A stretch of 64,000 nucleotides of DNA, taken from assembly GCF_009834535.1 (NCBI RefSeq), contig NC_045697.1, forward strand, positions 53,384,001-53,448,000, written 5' to 3'. The notes below the pieces were generated by a model. That model searched no databases and was not told the DNA's origin. It was given only the letters and a program-made list of their open reading frames with translations. Below are positions 36,901 to 48,422 of the stretch, one piece after another. This DNA comes from Camelus ferus. Taxonomy: Eukaryota. The translations under genes were made by a program, and so were the position numbers. The first letter of the stretch is position 1; every line of letters begins with the position of its first letter.

Positions 36901-39899
36901 AGGGCATTCTCTACAATGCACTGATTATCGTCATGCCAACACTCAGCTACAGTCATACTCTTCCAATAGCACAAGTTGGCATTTACTGAGCACTTTGAAC
37001 AAGCCCATCACTCAGGCATTGGGTTAACACTTTTTAAGGATTTTCTCATTTTTAGGATTTTTCTTATGACAACCCAAGGATGTAAATACTATTGTTATTT
37101 CTATATTAGAGATGAAGAAACTAAGGCTTACAATAAACATCTTTTCCAGGTTAATTCATAAATGGCTAAGCTGGAATTTGAACCAGTCCATTTTATTCCA
37201 GAGCTTCCAGTCTTAAGCATTGTGTTTTATTTTTTTAAATGTACCCCAAAAGACTTTCTGTGCCCTGATAAGAATCCAACAAATGGCTTTATCATGTTTC
37301 TGTGTTTTATTATTTAAATGTATAATCAAGTAGATTACTGAAACATTAAAGTCAGTTTTATAAGTTTCTGACATTTAACTTGTAAAGTGAGGTATAGGGT
37401 TTAAGTCACAAGCTTTTACTTATTGTAGAATAGTTAAAGATTTGAATTTAGTGACTATTTAAATATTTATAGGACATATTATACATCAAATCTGAAGGTG
37501 GAAGAAGAGGTATAAGAAGAGGTGGAAGAAGATATATTGGTAATATAGCCAATATATTTTAATAATTGTAACTGGAAAGTAACATTTAAAAATTGTATAA
37601 TTGTTTTTAATTAAAAAAAAAGAAATCCATGCACCATCAGGTTCAAAAGGACAGTAGGGCAGGTTTGCATAAACTTTACATAAGTCAAAAAAAAAAAAAA
37701 CCAGTAAGAGAAAAAAAAAGAAAAGCAGTTCATTAACTCTTGATCCAAAGATAGGCAGTCATTGGTAAAAACTTGGAGTATATTTTCTAGCTCTACATAT
37801 GGGTCTTTGTATAAAATACATTACATTGATTTCATAAACTGCTTTTTTATCACTTTTTCCAGTGTCATTTTTATAGTAATATTTAGCACATTTTAAGCAA
37901 TTGATCCTGTTATTTAAAGCTCAAAATGTAAAATAAGTAAATGTGTATTTTTTTGGTTGTATTTTCCCTCTGACGGAATATAGTCTTTTTCATTTCCTGG
38001 GACTCTTTTCAGGTTTTATGGACAATATAATCTTATATGATGGTTTCACAATACTCCATCTTATAAATATCTTAAATTTATTTAATCATCTTTAAAAGGA
38101 CTTTTTTATTTTCAGAGTTTGGTTTTTACTATCTGCCCTTATGCATATGGCTATACCATGCACACATGTACATGTATTTTACTGCACACCCTCTAGCAAT
38201 GTCTTTTGCAGACATTTATAGAAGAGGAATTGGAAATTCATGAATCAAAGAGTATAAACATTTCTGAGCTTTAATTCGTATTTCCAAATACTCTTCAGAT
38301 AGGGTATTTTCAGTTTATAAAGACAGAATTAATATTTGAAAGTACCTGTTTGGCCATGAGTTTTACATCACATATTTTTCACCTGATTTGGGGTTTTATG
38401 TCTTTGTTAGTTTCATAATTTGATGGGCAAATAATTGTGTATTTTTAATATTGAGTTGCATTTTACTTATAAGCAGGGTTGGGCATTTTCCACGTGCACA
38501 TTGGCAATGTCTACCATTTAGAATTATTTCATGTTGTTTTGTCTTTCTGTTGGGAAATGCCTTTATATTTTTGTGATTTTTATTTGATCATAAATATATT
38601 TATCTTTTGTCAGTCATTAATTTTGTAAACATGTTTTCACAAATGCCATTTGTCTTTTAATGTTATGAAGTGTTTGATGTTGGGAAGGTTTCAACTACTA
38701 GATAATCAAATCAAATTTTCATCATATGGTGTTTCTTTTTTTCTGCATGTATTGTCTCTGAAATTAAAAATATATATTTGTTATAATTTTATATTGTTTT
38801 ACTCACTGTGCTAATATAATAAATGTAGTTTACTGTGATGGGTTAAAAAATTCATATTCCTACAGTAAAATTATTTTTTTCAAAATCCAAGAGAGAAAAA
38901 TCATAAACATTCAAACATACAGAGGGAGTGTCTTTTAGCCTCACATCCAGTCCTGATCCTGACTTTCCTGGTTTTAAATTTCAGATTATTACATCTATTT
39001 CTATTCTCTGGTTTCATTCTTTGCATTTAATTCTGAGCTACTCATTTTTAAGAAAACACAGGAAGTCAAAGTAGTCAGGCTTATCTTTGCTTAAGGCAGC
39101 ATTTGAAGACAGAGGTCAAGGGCATTTCATTGGCCCTAAAGCTATCGTATAATCTTTGATAATATTAAGATAGGTCACTCAAGATAAGGAAGCATCTATC
39201 ACCTAGAAAACAATGGCTCTTCTGTGGTATATCAAATATGGTTCTTAAAAATGCTCTTGTCACAATCAGGTAGATTGGATGGTTTACCAGAGTCCTTCAA
39301 AACGACAAAATATTTAAAGGCTGAACACTATCTGCTCTATGATATCTAATTAGAATACTGCTTTCCTTTTTTTAAACTCAGAAAGGAACAGCCACCAAAT
39401 TTCTGTTACAGAATTCAAATTCAATGAACACGAATAATTTTGGGTAAATTTTGATCTAAATTATTCATTTACAACTCATATATGACTGTCTTAAATTGTG
39501 CTGTATATATGATTTAAGGTTATTAAACATTAATTTCTTTTAAATAGAATGGTTGCATTGTAAAGTCTTGTTTTACTGTCATGTTTGCATTTTAGTGAGG
39601 GGGATATAATCTTTACCTATACTACAATTGTAAGGACAATGATTTTTTCCATGCTTCCATTTCTCTTCTCTTAAAAAAAAAAAAAAAAAAAGCCATCACT
39701 GTTCCTTTATATCATCTTTTCTCTCTTTGACCCTTATTTTATTGCAGAAGAAGGATTGGGAGTCTGTGCTAGGCATCTCACAAACAACTTTCTCTATAAA
39801 TGTCTTACCAATTAGTGTTAAAATCCATAATTCATTTCGGCAGAGAAGACATAAAGTTACAATAAGGACTAATTTAAAAATGAAGAAAAATTAGAAATG

Positions 39900-40458
39900 T
39901 TTGGTGCAGAATCTATCTTCCCAGAAGCCTTTGAATTTCCACTCTGAGCCTTCACTGACTATTGAGAGAAGTCCCACATGGGTCTCTGGCTTTTCTTCCT
40001 GTCTTGCAAGTAGAGACACTGGCTGCCTTTGTTTTGGACCATCTTTACAAGAATTTTTTTTTTAAGTAAACATCCTAGGAAGACAGAGATAGTGTCTCCC
40101 TTCAGAATAAAGGGCAGGCTTGTTTTCTGTCCAGTTGTAATAAAGATAATGTTTCACCACAGGGTAAAAATCAGGTAAGCTTACCGCTCATAATAAAAAT
40201 TTGAGTTTCCTAAATTTAGAGTTCTTCCCCATTATGTAGCCTACTGAGTATGCAGATTATCACCCAGTCCTCTCCACACAGCACTGTAAAAACTGAGCAA
40301 ACTGGTACAGATTCTGATACTCTCCTGTGGTTGCTGTGTGCAATAAAGTCTTGTGTTCAGGAGTCTTGGATCTTCAGCCGGTATTCTTAAAACTGTGGCA
40401 GGCTATCTTGCTACCTTACAAGTAAGATAAAATCACAGACCCTTCAAAGTTTCTGAAA
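39900..40458 (+). mobile_element. Old ERV1-class LTR (MER34/LTR39-like) just beyond the lectin last exon
   Basis: aataaagtcttgtg...aaactgtggcaggct...gataaaatcacagacccttca ending; family name by eye. Confidence 0.6.
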
Positions 40459-40486
40459 CTGAAGATTGGAGACATTTTAGAGTACC

Positions 40487-40654
40487 TCAGCAACCATTCA
40501 ACAGAAATATTTTAATCAAGCCACATTTGTGGATTTTGCTCTGGGCTGTTGATTTGGGGGGAAAAAAGGAAATAAAGAGGGAGAAGAATACCAAGGAAAT
40601 CATCAGAAATGAGGTCAAGTTTTGCTCTGATGAGCGATTCTGGAATGAATGATT
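40487..40654 (-). pseudogene. Lectin exon F: NHSFQNRSSEQNLTSFLMISLVFFSLFISFFPPKSTAQSKIHKCGLIKIFLLNGC*
   Basis: T9C5AG acceptor, phase 0; ~19-residue hydrophobic segment; within ORF 40487-40750. Confidence 0.65.
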
Positions 40655-41239
40655 CTGGGGGAAAAAAAAATAAGAAGAAAGCAATGAGAAAGAAAGCAAA
40701 ATACAAGAATGAAGACACCACCTGAATAGAATACTAAACCTTTTTTTCATTAACTAATATAAATTTACACTGGAGAATAATAATTAGTATAGAAATAATA
40801 TTCTTTAGTGTTTTGGACTATTATTGCTTTTACAGCACAAAATTAATAACTTGAGTAAAAAGGGTTTCAAAATAAGTATGACTGAAGGAATTGTCAGTCT
40901 CTTGACATCTAGAAACCAATATGGTAAATAAGACAGTTCAGTAAGTTTTTAAATATGAGAGCACTTTATACTACTCAAAAAAGTTTTCAAAACTTTTCAA
41001 CAAGTAGTGAATCAAAACTTTCAGTTTTATTCATAATTATTCCATATTTGAGTTGGTTAGAAGTTGAGTTTTTGGGGAACACATGCCCTTTAGGCTTGCT
41101 TATTTTGTACAACAATATTCACAGAAATAAGAAAGGAAGATTTCTAAAATGAAGGATAGAAAGAAGCAATGAAGGAAAAGAGGGAGAGAAATACACAAAG
41201 TGGAATAAAAAGAAAAAATAAAATGAGCTATGAACTTAC

Positions 41240-41411
41240 ATTTGTGAAAAGGCACTCCTCCATTGTTTAATAGTCCGTAATTGTGGCGTTTTCTCTTCTT
41301 CCACCTTCAGATTTGGCTACCTTACAGTCCTTGTTTTTTCCATCACTTTCAGTTACTTTGTTTAACTTTGTGACTTCATTCTTTTTCATCCAATATTCAA
41401 AATGAAGGGGC
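41240..41411 (-). pseudogene. Lectin exon E: charged stalk RPLHFEYWMKKNEVTK...ENATITDY*TMEECLFTN
   Basis: ttatag/ ... /gtaagt; phase 2 to 0 fits both neighbours; one TAA at 41267-41269. Confidence 0.65.
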
Positions 41412-42029
41412 CTATAAATATAGAAATTTGGGGATTATTACTGAAGATATGTAAGACTTTCACATTTATTAAACTAACAGAAGACATATAATAAAGAAGA
41501 CCCATGTAGCTGCATTTAGGTTGTATAATAATGGATTTTACCAAAAATCACTTCACCTGTTTTAAATACTGAATTTTGGTAATGGTACAGGGTCTTGCGT
41601 AATTATATCTATCAAAATATACATTGATTTTCTGTACTCAGTAAACTTTGTTTTCGTTTTTCAAACTCAGTAACTTAGAAGATTTTAGAATTATGCCAAT
41701 GAGAGACATAGGACACCTAGAATTTGGTGGACAAGAGGAGATTTTGAAAGGTTAGCAGCAGAAGACAGTGACTGGATTGTGTGGATTTTTAAGGGGTGTA
41801 ATGCTACGGGAGGTCCTAGGTAACAAAGTTATTCAGTTCTTGGTGGGATTGGTGAAGTAATACCACCTATGTGGTCAGAGAAAGACTGGGTAAGTGCCTA
41901 ATCTGAAATTTCACCATTTTGCTTAATTCCAAGCCTATAGTCATCATTTCTCCCTTTGCGTCTAAATTTCTCTATTTTTGTTCTAGAACTAAGGAGTAAG
42001 GGGCTTTTCAAGCATCAGATGTTTTTGGT

Positions 42030-42430
42030 TCTTGTTTATAAACCCCTGAAACCAGCTATGGCTATCTTAAGCAAAAGGTTACTGGAAAGGAGGATTCAGA
42101 ATTAAAGAATTTAAAAGGCAGCTCTGAATGGTAGACAACAGAAGAACGAGGGCAGCTCGCTGGAGTAGTCTGAACCCTACACAGTGGCTGGGCAAAAATA
42201 GCTAAACTGGTCTTCCCTTTGAGGTTACTCAGTAAAGATTCACAATCCCAGGAAAGAGGGTCTGATTGTCCAGCTTGGATCATGTTGGCTTATAGCCAGA
42301 GCATGTAGAACTAGGATCTGGTTCACTGAGCTTCCATGGTGGAAAATCAGGTCTGTGCACATGCCCTCACCCTAAGACTACACACAACAGAGGAAAGAAA
42401 GCGCTCCAAAAGGAATTCAGAGAACTACTT
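42030..42430. mobile_element. Old MaLR (MLT1-like) LTR in a lectin intron
   Basis: ggctatcttaagcaaaaag...tctgattgtccagcttggatcatg...cctcaccctaagactacaca. Confidence 0.55.
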
Positions 42431-42938
42431 AAAAGCAGAAATTCGAAGATTTGCACAATGTTAATCCTACTCAAACGTGGATGGAAATTTTCTTAATTAA
42501 CTGTTCTAACAAATGAAATAATCAGTAGCTCCATAATCTGTCAGTCATTAATATTTAATGCATTGTAGCAAGTCAGGATGTACAGGCTATGGCTAGAATT
42601 ATATTTGCCAGTAAAAGGGGTAACAAGCACATAAGAGAGTTTTGATGTAGCTAATATACATCTACGTATTATTTATAATCTGGTAATCATAGCACATTTT
42701 TCATTTACTTGTTTATTTTCTTGCTTTTCCATTAGAATGTGAACAAAATCTTTTTTATCTTAACCTTAGTGCCTAGCACCATGCTTAGGGATGTATGTGT
42801 CTGATACAGAAGTCAGTATAGCTCCCTAAATAGATAGGAACTGAGTAACAAGTTCTCTGAATTTTATTTTCTGAGTTCTACAATAATACTGTACATGTAG
42901 TTAATTAACTTGAAACTCCAAGTGCCCTTCAATCATAC

Positions 42939-42994
42939 CTGTTTTTATAACTTTCTGGCTTTTGTTCACATAAGAAACATTGGCCAGGAAGAGT
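42939..42994 (-). pseudogene. Lectin exon D: (D)SSWP-frameshift-CFLCEQKPESYKN
   Basis: Long pyrimidine tract + cag/ ... AG/gtatga; terminal FLCE CTLD motif. Confidence 0.75.
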
Positions 42995-43739
42995 CTGATT
43001 TGAAAAGAAAAAAAGAAAACTGTGGCTTCTTCTCAAATCAATGAAAATAAATCACTTAAACAGTGTTTATATACCACATTCACCATGGAAGGCCATGGAA
43101 AGTATTTTTATCCTTATAACTGTGAAAGTAGTTAGTGTTAAGATAGGGTTTTCTCCAAACTCCAAGGTTGATTCAGAAACTACAACATTTGGAGACTTGA
43201 AATTTTTGACACTAGAAGGGCCTTCTTTATTGGCAGTGAGGGTTATCCTACTTCAAAGATCCTGCATATAATAAATTATAAAAATCGAGTGACAATCAGT
43301 AGTTTTCCAACAGTTTTGAGACTGTTACATATATTTTTCCTTGTAGTACTCAATTAATAAATCTGAATCTGCATTTTGCAAAACTAAATACTACTTTGCA
43401 AAATGTTACCCGGTAAAGGGGAAAAAAAAATCCATGGTCAAATACATTTGGTAAGTGTTGGTTAAAGATCCTCAAAACCTTTTTTTTTTTTTTTTTTAAC
43501 TCTGGGAGTTTTGAGAGCATTTAATTCGCTGATATATTTTATAACTTTCCAGGAGAAAGATTACAGAATGTAATATTGCAAATTCATTTTTGGTTAGGAA
43601 CTCTTTCTTTTTAGACCTATCAATTTCATCTCCTTCAAAACGTTGGGAAATACTAGTACAAATAATTTGGAAGAGGTCTTGCTGGTACAACTCAGATTTT
43701 GTTTTTTAATTGTTTACTTCGATTATCAAATACTCTCAC

Positions 43740-43860
43740 CTTCTGTTGCTTCAAGTTCCACACAATCTTCATCTTTTATAGTGACTTCATCTTATATAGT
43801 GACATATAGTGGTATATGTGGTCCATTTCTAGGTCGACAAATGATTTTCCACTGGCTATT
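43740..43860 (-). pseudogene. Lectin exon C: NSQWKIICRPRNGPHIPLYVTI*DEVTIKDEDCVELEATE
   Basis: cttcag/ ... GAAG/gtgaga, phase 0 to 1; 18-bp duplication carrying TAA. Confidence 0.82.
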
Positions 43861-44890
43861 CTGAAGTACAATGATGAATCCCAGTAGAGGGGAAAAGTTT
43901 TCATTAACAAGCTGAAAGTTACCAAGGCAAAGTACTTTTTGGCCACGTTATAATACAAATGTGGTATAAACCACAGAGCAAGAGCTCTTACAATTTGTCA
44001 GTCATGATACAGAACTTCACCATTCCAGGATCTAGTGTAGACTACAGGCTATCTTATCGCATAGCTGAGAAAATTATAATTCTGATGGTAATAAAAATAA
44101 ACCAGTAATTGTTCGATAGATGGCAATTACTATGCAGACTCAACTAATATATTATTTTCAAATGAATGAAACAAACACATGAATACAAGACCAGTTAAAA
44201 TACTGAGAGCAAAACCTTTGAGAATAGAGATCAAAAAAAGTATTTATGATAAAATTAATAGCTTACAGAGATTTAATATTCCAGTACTTATATTGGGTCC
44301 CTTGAGTTGAGTATTCAGAAGACTATTCTGGCTGTAATAGTATAATAGCTATGGAATTTTGTATAATATTATTACAGTAATAGAATTGTTCATGTAATAT
44401 AGCAACAAAATCATGTTGCATAAGCAAAAGGAGTTGATGAGAGGTTACTAATGCACTTAGTAGAATATTCTTTAACTCTTAAAATAAATCTGGCAAAATC
44501 TGGCAAATATTGCAGAGATGATTCTAATCCTCTTTACAGAAGTGATATCCATAAACTCACACAATAAAAAACATTGTACATTGATGATACCTTCCCTAGA
44601 AAAAAACTCTGTGACCTACCAGAGGCACCTGGGTTGTCAAGACAAGTTTAAGAAATTTATATTTTCCACAAGTTATGAGTTCATTAATTTAAAAAATGTG
44701 GAATTTAGTTAATAATTTTCCAATGTCTTGAAATTGGGAAATCTTATGAAAACCAAAAGACCAAAAGCATAAGTGTCTAGGTTAACTGGCAAGCCTCTAT
44801 TGCTTCCTTCTTCACGTAGAAAACAAAGAAAAAAAATATATATTTATTTATTTATCTATCTCCTCTTTTAGAAATATGTTTTAGCAGTAC

Positions 44891-45041
44891 CAGAATAGGT
44901 TTTTCTAATCTAGTCCAGACGTTTTCATTCAGTTGGTAGTTTGTGTGCTTTTTTTTTTTTTTTTATCAAAGCAGCAATGGCAGAAGCTTCATTAAAGTTT
45001 TGGATGGTGAGAAGCTGAAAACCATGTTGTTGACACATATC
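44891..45041 (-). pseudogene. Lectin exon B: DMCQQHGFQLLTIQNFNEASAIAALIKK-(A16 frameshift)-HTNYQLNENVWTRLEKPIL
   Basis: ccccag/ ... /gtactg; 151 nt, one more than 150. Confidence 0.87.
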
Positions 45042-45215
45042 CTGGGGAGGGAAAGTAGAAAAGTTAATCCTGATTTTTTTGTATAAACATGTACATATGC
45101 TGAATTAAAATAAAACAATTCCATCTCCAACTCTTAGTGTCATAAGTAAGTGGTTTGAAAGAACCAGAGCACAAGGGGGAGGACTAAAATTCTAAGCAAA
45201 ATCATAGATTCATAC

Positions 45216-45386
45216 CTGTACCTGATCCCAGTTCATTCTATGGTGAAAATAGGTAAAGCAAATGGGTAAGTAATATAATGAATCACAAGGGCACACAGAA
45301 CCATTCTGAGGAAAACTAGAAGCCTTGATGAGAAGCCATAACAGAAAAACCAAAGATATTTTCATCTTAGATGTCTTCCTGAAAAC
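45216..45386 (-). pseudogene. Lectin exon A: ATG at 45365, MKISLVFLLWLLIKASSFPQNGSVCPCDSLYYLPICFTYFHHRMNWDQVQ (intact, 50 codons)
   Basis: cccatag/ acceptor and CAG/gtatga donor; signal peptide plus long-form CTLD N-terminal cysteines. Confidence 0.88.
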
Positions 45387-46618
45387 CTATGGGAGAAAGG
45401 AGAGCATGTGGTCAGAGACAAAAAAAAATTAACTCAACATTGAAGTACACTAATTTAATGTAACTTTTTTTTAAAGTTAAGGCAGATTGTTTGGTTTGTT
45501 ATTCCATTTTCTATCCAAGGCAGTTGGGGTAGCTAGTCAGTGGCAATGTGGGGAAGCAAAGGTCAGTCTGATCCTCAAGTCTACTAGGACAAAGATAGAA
45601 CAGGTACTAATCCAAAAAGAGAATGTTGCCTTTGAGAGTCTAGACAATATACAGAATATTAAGTTCAAAAGTTGGAACTAAGGCAATGGGATAGGTGGGC
45701 AGTTACGTGGGATGCTGTGGATGGACAAGTTATTGTTCCAGGTTAGTTGTTCAGACACAATTGACACAACTCCATGTTCCACATGAGGCAGTGGAACTTT
45801 TGTATCTTGCTTCTTTTATCTTCCCAAATTTCCACTTGGTTGGTTACATGGTACGTGGTGCATTGTGTCCAAACATCTTACTATTACGCATTCACATAAG
45901 GAGTGAAACTGAAATTATCCTTCCAACCAAGTCTTACAATACTTTCCTTAACATAACCTGTGCTTCATTCAACTAGCTGACTGCTTTTTTTCAAACTTAC
46001 CTTCAGTTTACTCACCTCTCTGCTTTGTGACTCTTTCCCAAATTACAAAATATATTTACCTTTATGTGAAAGAAACATAATGCAAAAAAAAAAAAAATGA
46101 GATCTGGAATAAAACAGACCTCAGTTCAGCATCAAACTCCATATACTGGTATTGCCAGGCAGGACAGAAAAAGTTGTCTTTGATATAAAATAAAATGCAG
46201 ATGTTTCTTCATTATTTTGTCATTCCTAAAAATGTGTTTAATTCTGTTCATTTTTTTCAATATCTTAGCAAAATATTGACTGGTAAAGTTTAGATTGAGA
46301 GGTGTTGAACAGTTCTACAAAACTGTATAAAAGAATGTGAAGGGTGAATAAAATGTTTACCTGCTAGTTGATTTTTGATTTCCATTGGGCACCTTGAGAC
46401 AAAAACATGGGGGCCTAAAAAGTCCTTGACCTTTTTTGGCCAATAAATAAAATCTTGATAGTTAAAAAATATGAAACATGATTACCAAATAGTAATTTAG
46501 AGACTCAGATAATACAAAGGTTACTGTGCATTACACTGATATGCTGTACTTTATGGGTATTCTTATTTTAAGAAGTCAAGTTTATTTTTATCTTTTTGAT
46601 TTCTGCTTCCTCCAGTGG

Positions 46619-46765
46619 TTGAAAGTTAATGTTTGGATGTGAACAAGCTCAGAAGTACATTAATTGCTTTATGATCTCTAAACATGTCAAGTCCATGGAT
46701 ATTCTTTATAAAACGATGTGAATATCCACTTCTGAACTTGTTCACATCCAAACACTAACTTTCAA
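46619..46765. repeat. 38-bp inverted repeat (46619-46656 / 46728-46765, 2 mismatches)
   Basis: ttgaaagttaatgtttggatgtgaacaagctcagaagt versus acttctgaacttgttcacatccaaacactaactttcaa. Confidence 0.95.
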
Positions 46766-46769
46766 GCAA

Positions 46770-47078
46770 GCCAGAAAGAGAAAGAAAAGTACCATATGAT
46801 ATCATTCATATGTGGAATCTAAGAAAAAGACACAAATGAACTTATTTACAAAACAGAAACAGACTCACAGACATAGAGAACAGACTTATGGTTACCAGGG
46901 GAGGGAGGGATAAACCGAGAGTTCGAAACTTGCACCTCTTGGGGAGCGAAGGAAACGTTAGGTATCTTGACTGTGGTGGTGGTTTCATAGGTGTGTGTAT
47001 CTATCAAAATCCATCAAATCGTACATCTGAAATACGTGGTTTACTGTACATAAATTATATCTCAATAAAGTTGTTTTA
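46770..47078 (+). mobile_element. L1 3'UTR fragment(s)
   Basis: taccatatgatatcattcatatgtggaatctaa...cagactcacagacatagagaac...tatctcaataaagttg. Confidence 0.85.
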
Positions 47079-48422
47079 AAATGATGTAAGTTTTATTGAA
47101 AAAGGCTAAAATAAATAGTAGTGAAAATATGTTTTTGGCATAAAATTATGAATTTGAAGTAATTAGAAGGATTAAAATGACACAGTAAGAAAGTGAGATG
47201 TCACAGATAAAGTGCTTGGAAAATAAATACAATTTACTTCTTAGAAATGTTCTGAACTCATTGTCAATTATTTAAAGGTAGACTTAGAACAAGGAAATTC
47301 TTTGCTAGGCATATTTTAGTGACACACTTTCTCCACTGTCAGTATCTTTCTTCAGCCAAAATTACATGGATAAATGTGAAAAAGAACAAACTATTCTTTG
47401 AATCTATATCACCTATAACATAGATTAACCATATATTAATCTAAAGGAGGACTGTAGTTACTTCACACTTGCCCTTTAAGCTTGGAATTTCATAACACTG
47501 AAGAGAAAAAGACTAGAAAAAGACCTAATCAAATTACGTAGCCTAAAAAAATTTTACACCACCTAATAGAATTAAAAGTTCTATTGCTGATCTGCTAATA
47601 TCGACATAGCAGTTCTCACAGTTAAAAATATAACTTGACAAACTTGGTTAATACTTATCCTTCTCAGAATCTAAGGCCAAGCTAGGCTCAGGAAAAAACA
47701 AACATTTAATTCTTTAGTATTTGGAAAAGAAGTAGAGACAGAAAAAAATTATTATTATAACAGATAATGATAATGATGATAATTATGACCTATTATGTGA
47801 ATATGAGCATGGATCAGCTGTTGCAGATGAGATAAAAAAGAGACCTCCACTTCAAAAAGTTAATTCTAAAAGTGGTAGTTACATTTATATTATAAGACAA
47901 ATATAGTTAACTATGGTTGAAATGTCTAATTAGCAACCCCAGATCACACCTCACCAGTAAATGGCTGACAAGGGACCAAAGCCGCTGTTGAGGACCCTAG
48001 GAATCTCAATTCGAAATCAGTTTCACCAAACTTTTGCTTTTTAGCTTAGTTTTTCCATCGTATAATGTATTTTTGTCCTGATCTTGTCGTGTGGCCCATG
48101 GGGTTCAAATTTATTCTTTCCCTTTGCTGTTCAGATAACAGTTGAACTGTGCCTTGGCCCCCCGAATTCAAATGATGATCCAAAACCTTCCTTGACGCCT
48201 TGAGCTTTCATCCTCAAATTCTCCTCCTGCAACTACCTGTTTGCAGATCAGATATTTGGTTTGGTGAGTAGCTAAATGGTGATGGCATTCCTGAATAAGC
48301 TTTCCTCTGCCTTTGAGCTAGAACCCAAAACTATGGGAGACGGGAGTAGAAGGAGAGGAAATTCAATATGTGAGAGGGCATGGGAGTTTAGAAGAAAAGA
48401 GTGTCAAGAGTAGGAGGCATAG

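Larger units (their letters stand above)
40487..45365 (-). pseudogene. REG4/lithostathine-like C-type lectin (pseudo)gene with C-terminal hydrophobic anchor; exons 45216-45386, 44891-45041, 43740-43860, 42939-42994, 41240-41411, 40487-40654
   Basis: Six GT-AG-bounded exons giving signal peptide + CP..C..F...NW..Q|DMCQ...LLTI...EASAIAALI...NVWTRL..P|NSQW...DCVEL|..W..FLCE; two frameshifts and two in-frame stops. Confidence 0.88.

Noticed and set aside
35366..36974. 144-aa, 157-aa and 104-aa minus-strand ORFs
   Set aside because: They lie largely in purine-skewed, L2-like degenerate sequence, with no domain, splice structure or convincing start.
45216..45365. Exon A as an MMP-like or SCPP/casein-like first exon
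   Set aside because: The CP-x9-C-x9-W pattern and the downstream exons fit a CTLD; there are no SxE clusters or MMP prodomain.
40487..47700. SULT1E1 exons (expected neighbour by synteny)
   Set aside because: No sulfotransferase motifs found; the exons encode a C-type lectin and lie on the strand opposite to that expected for SULT1E1.
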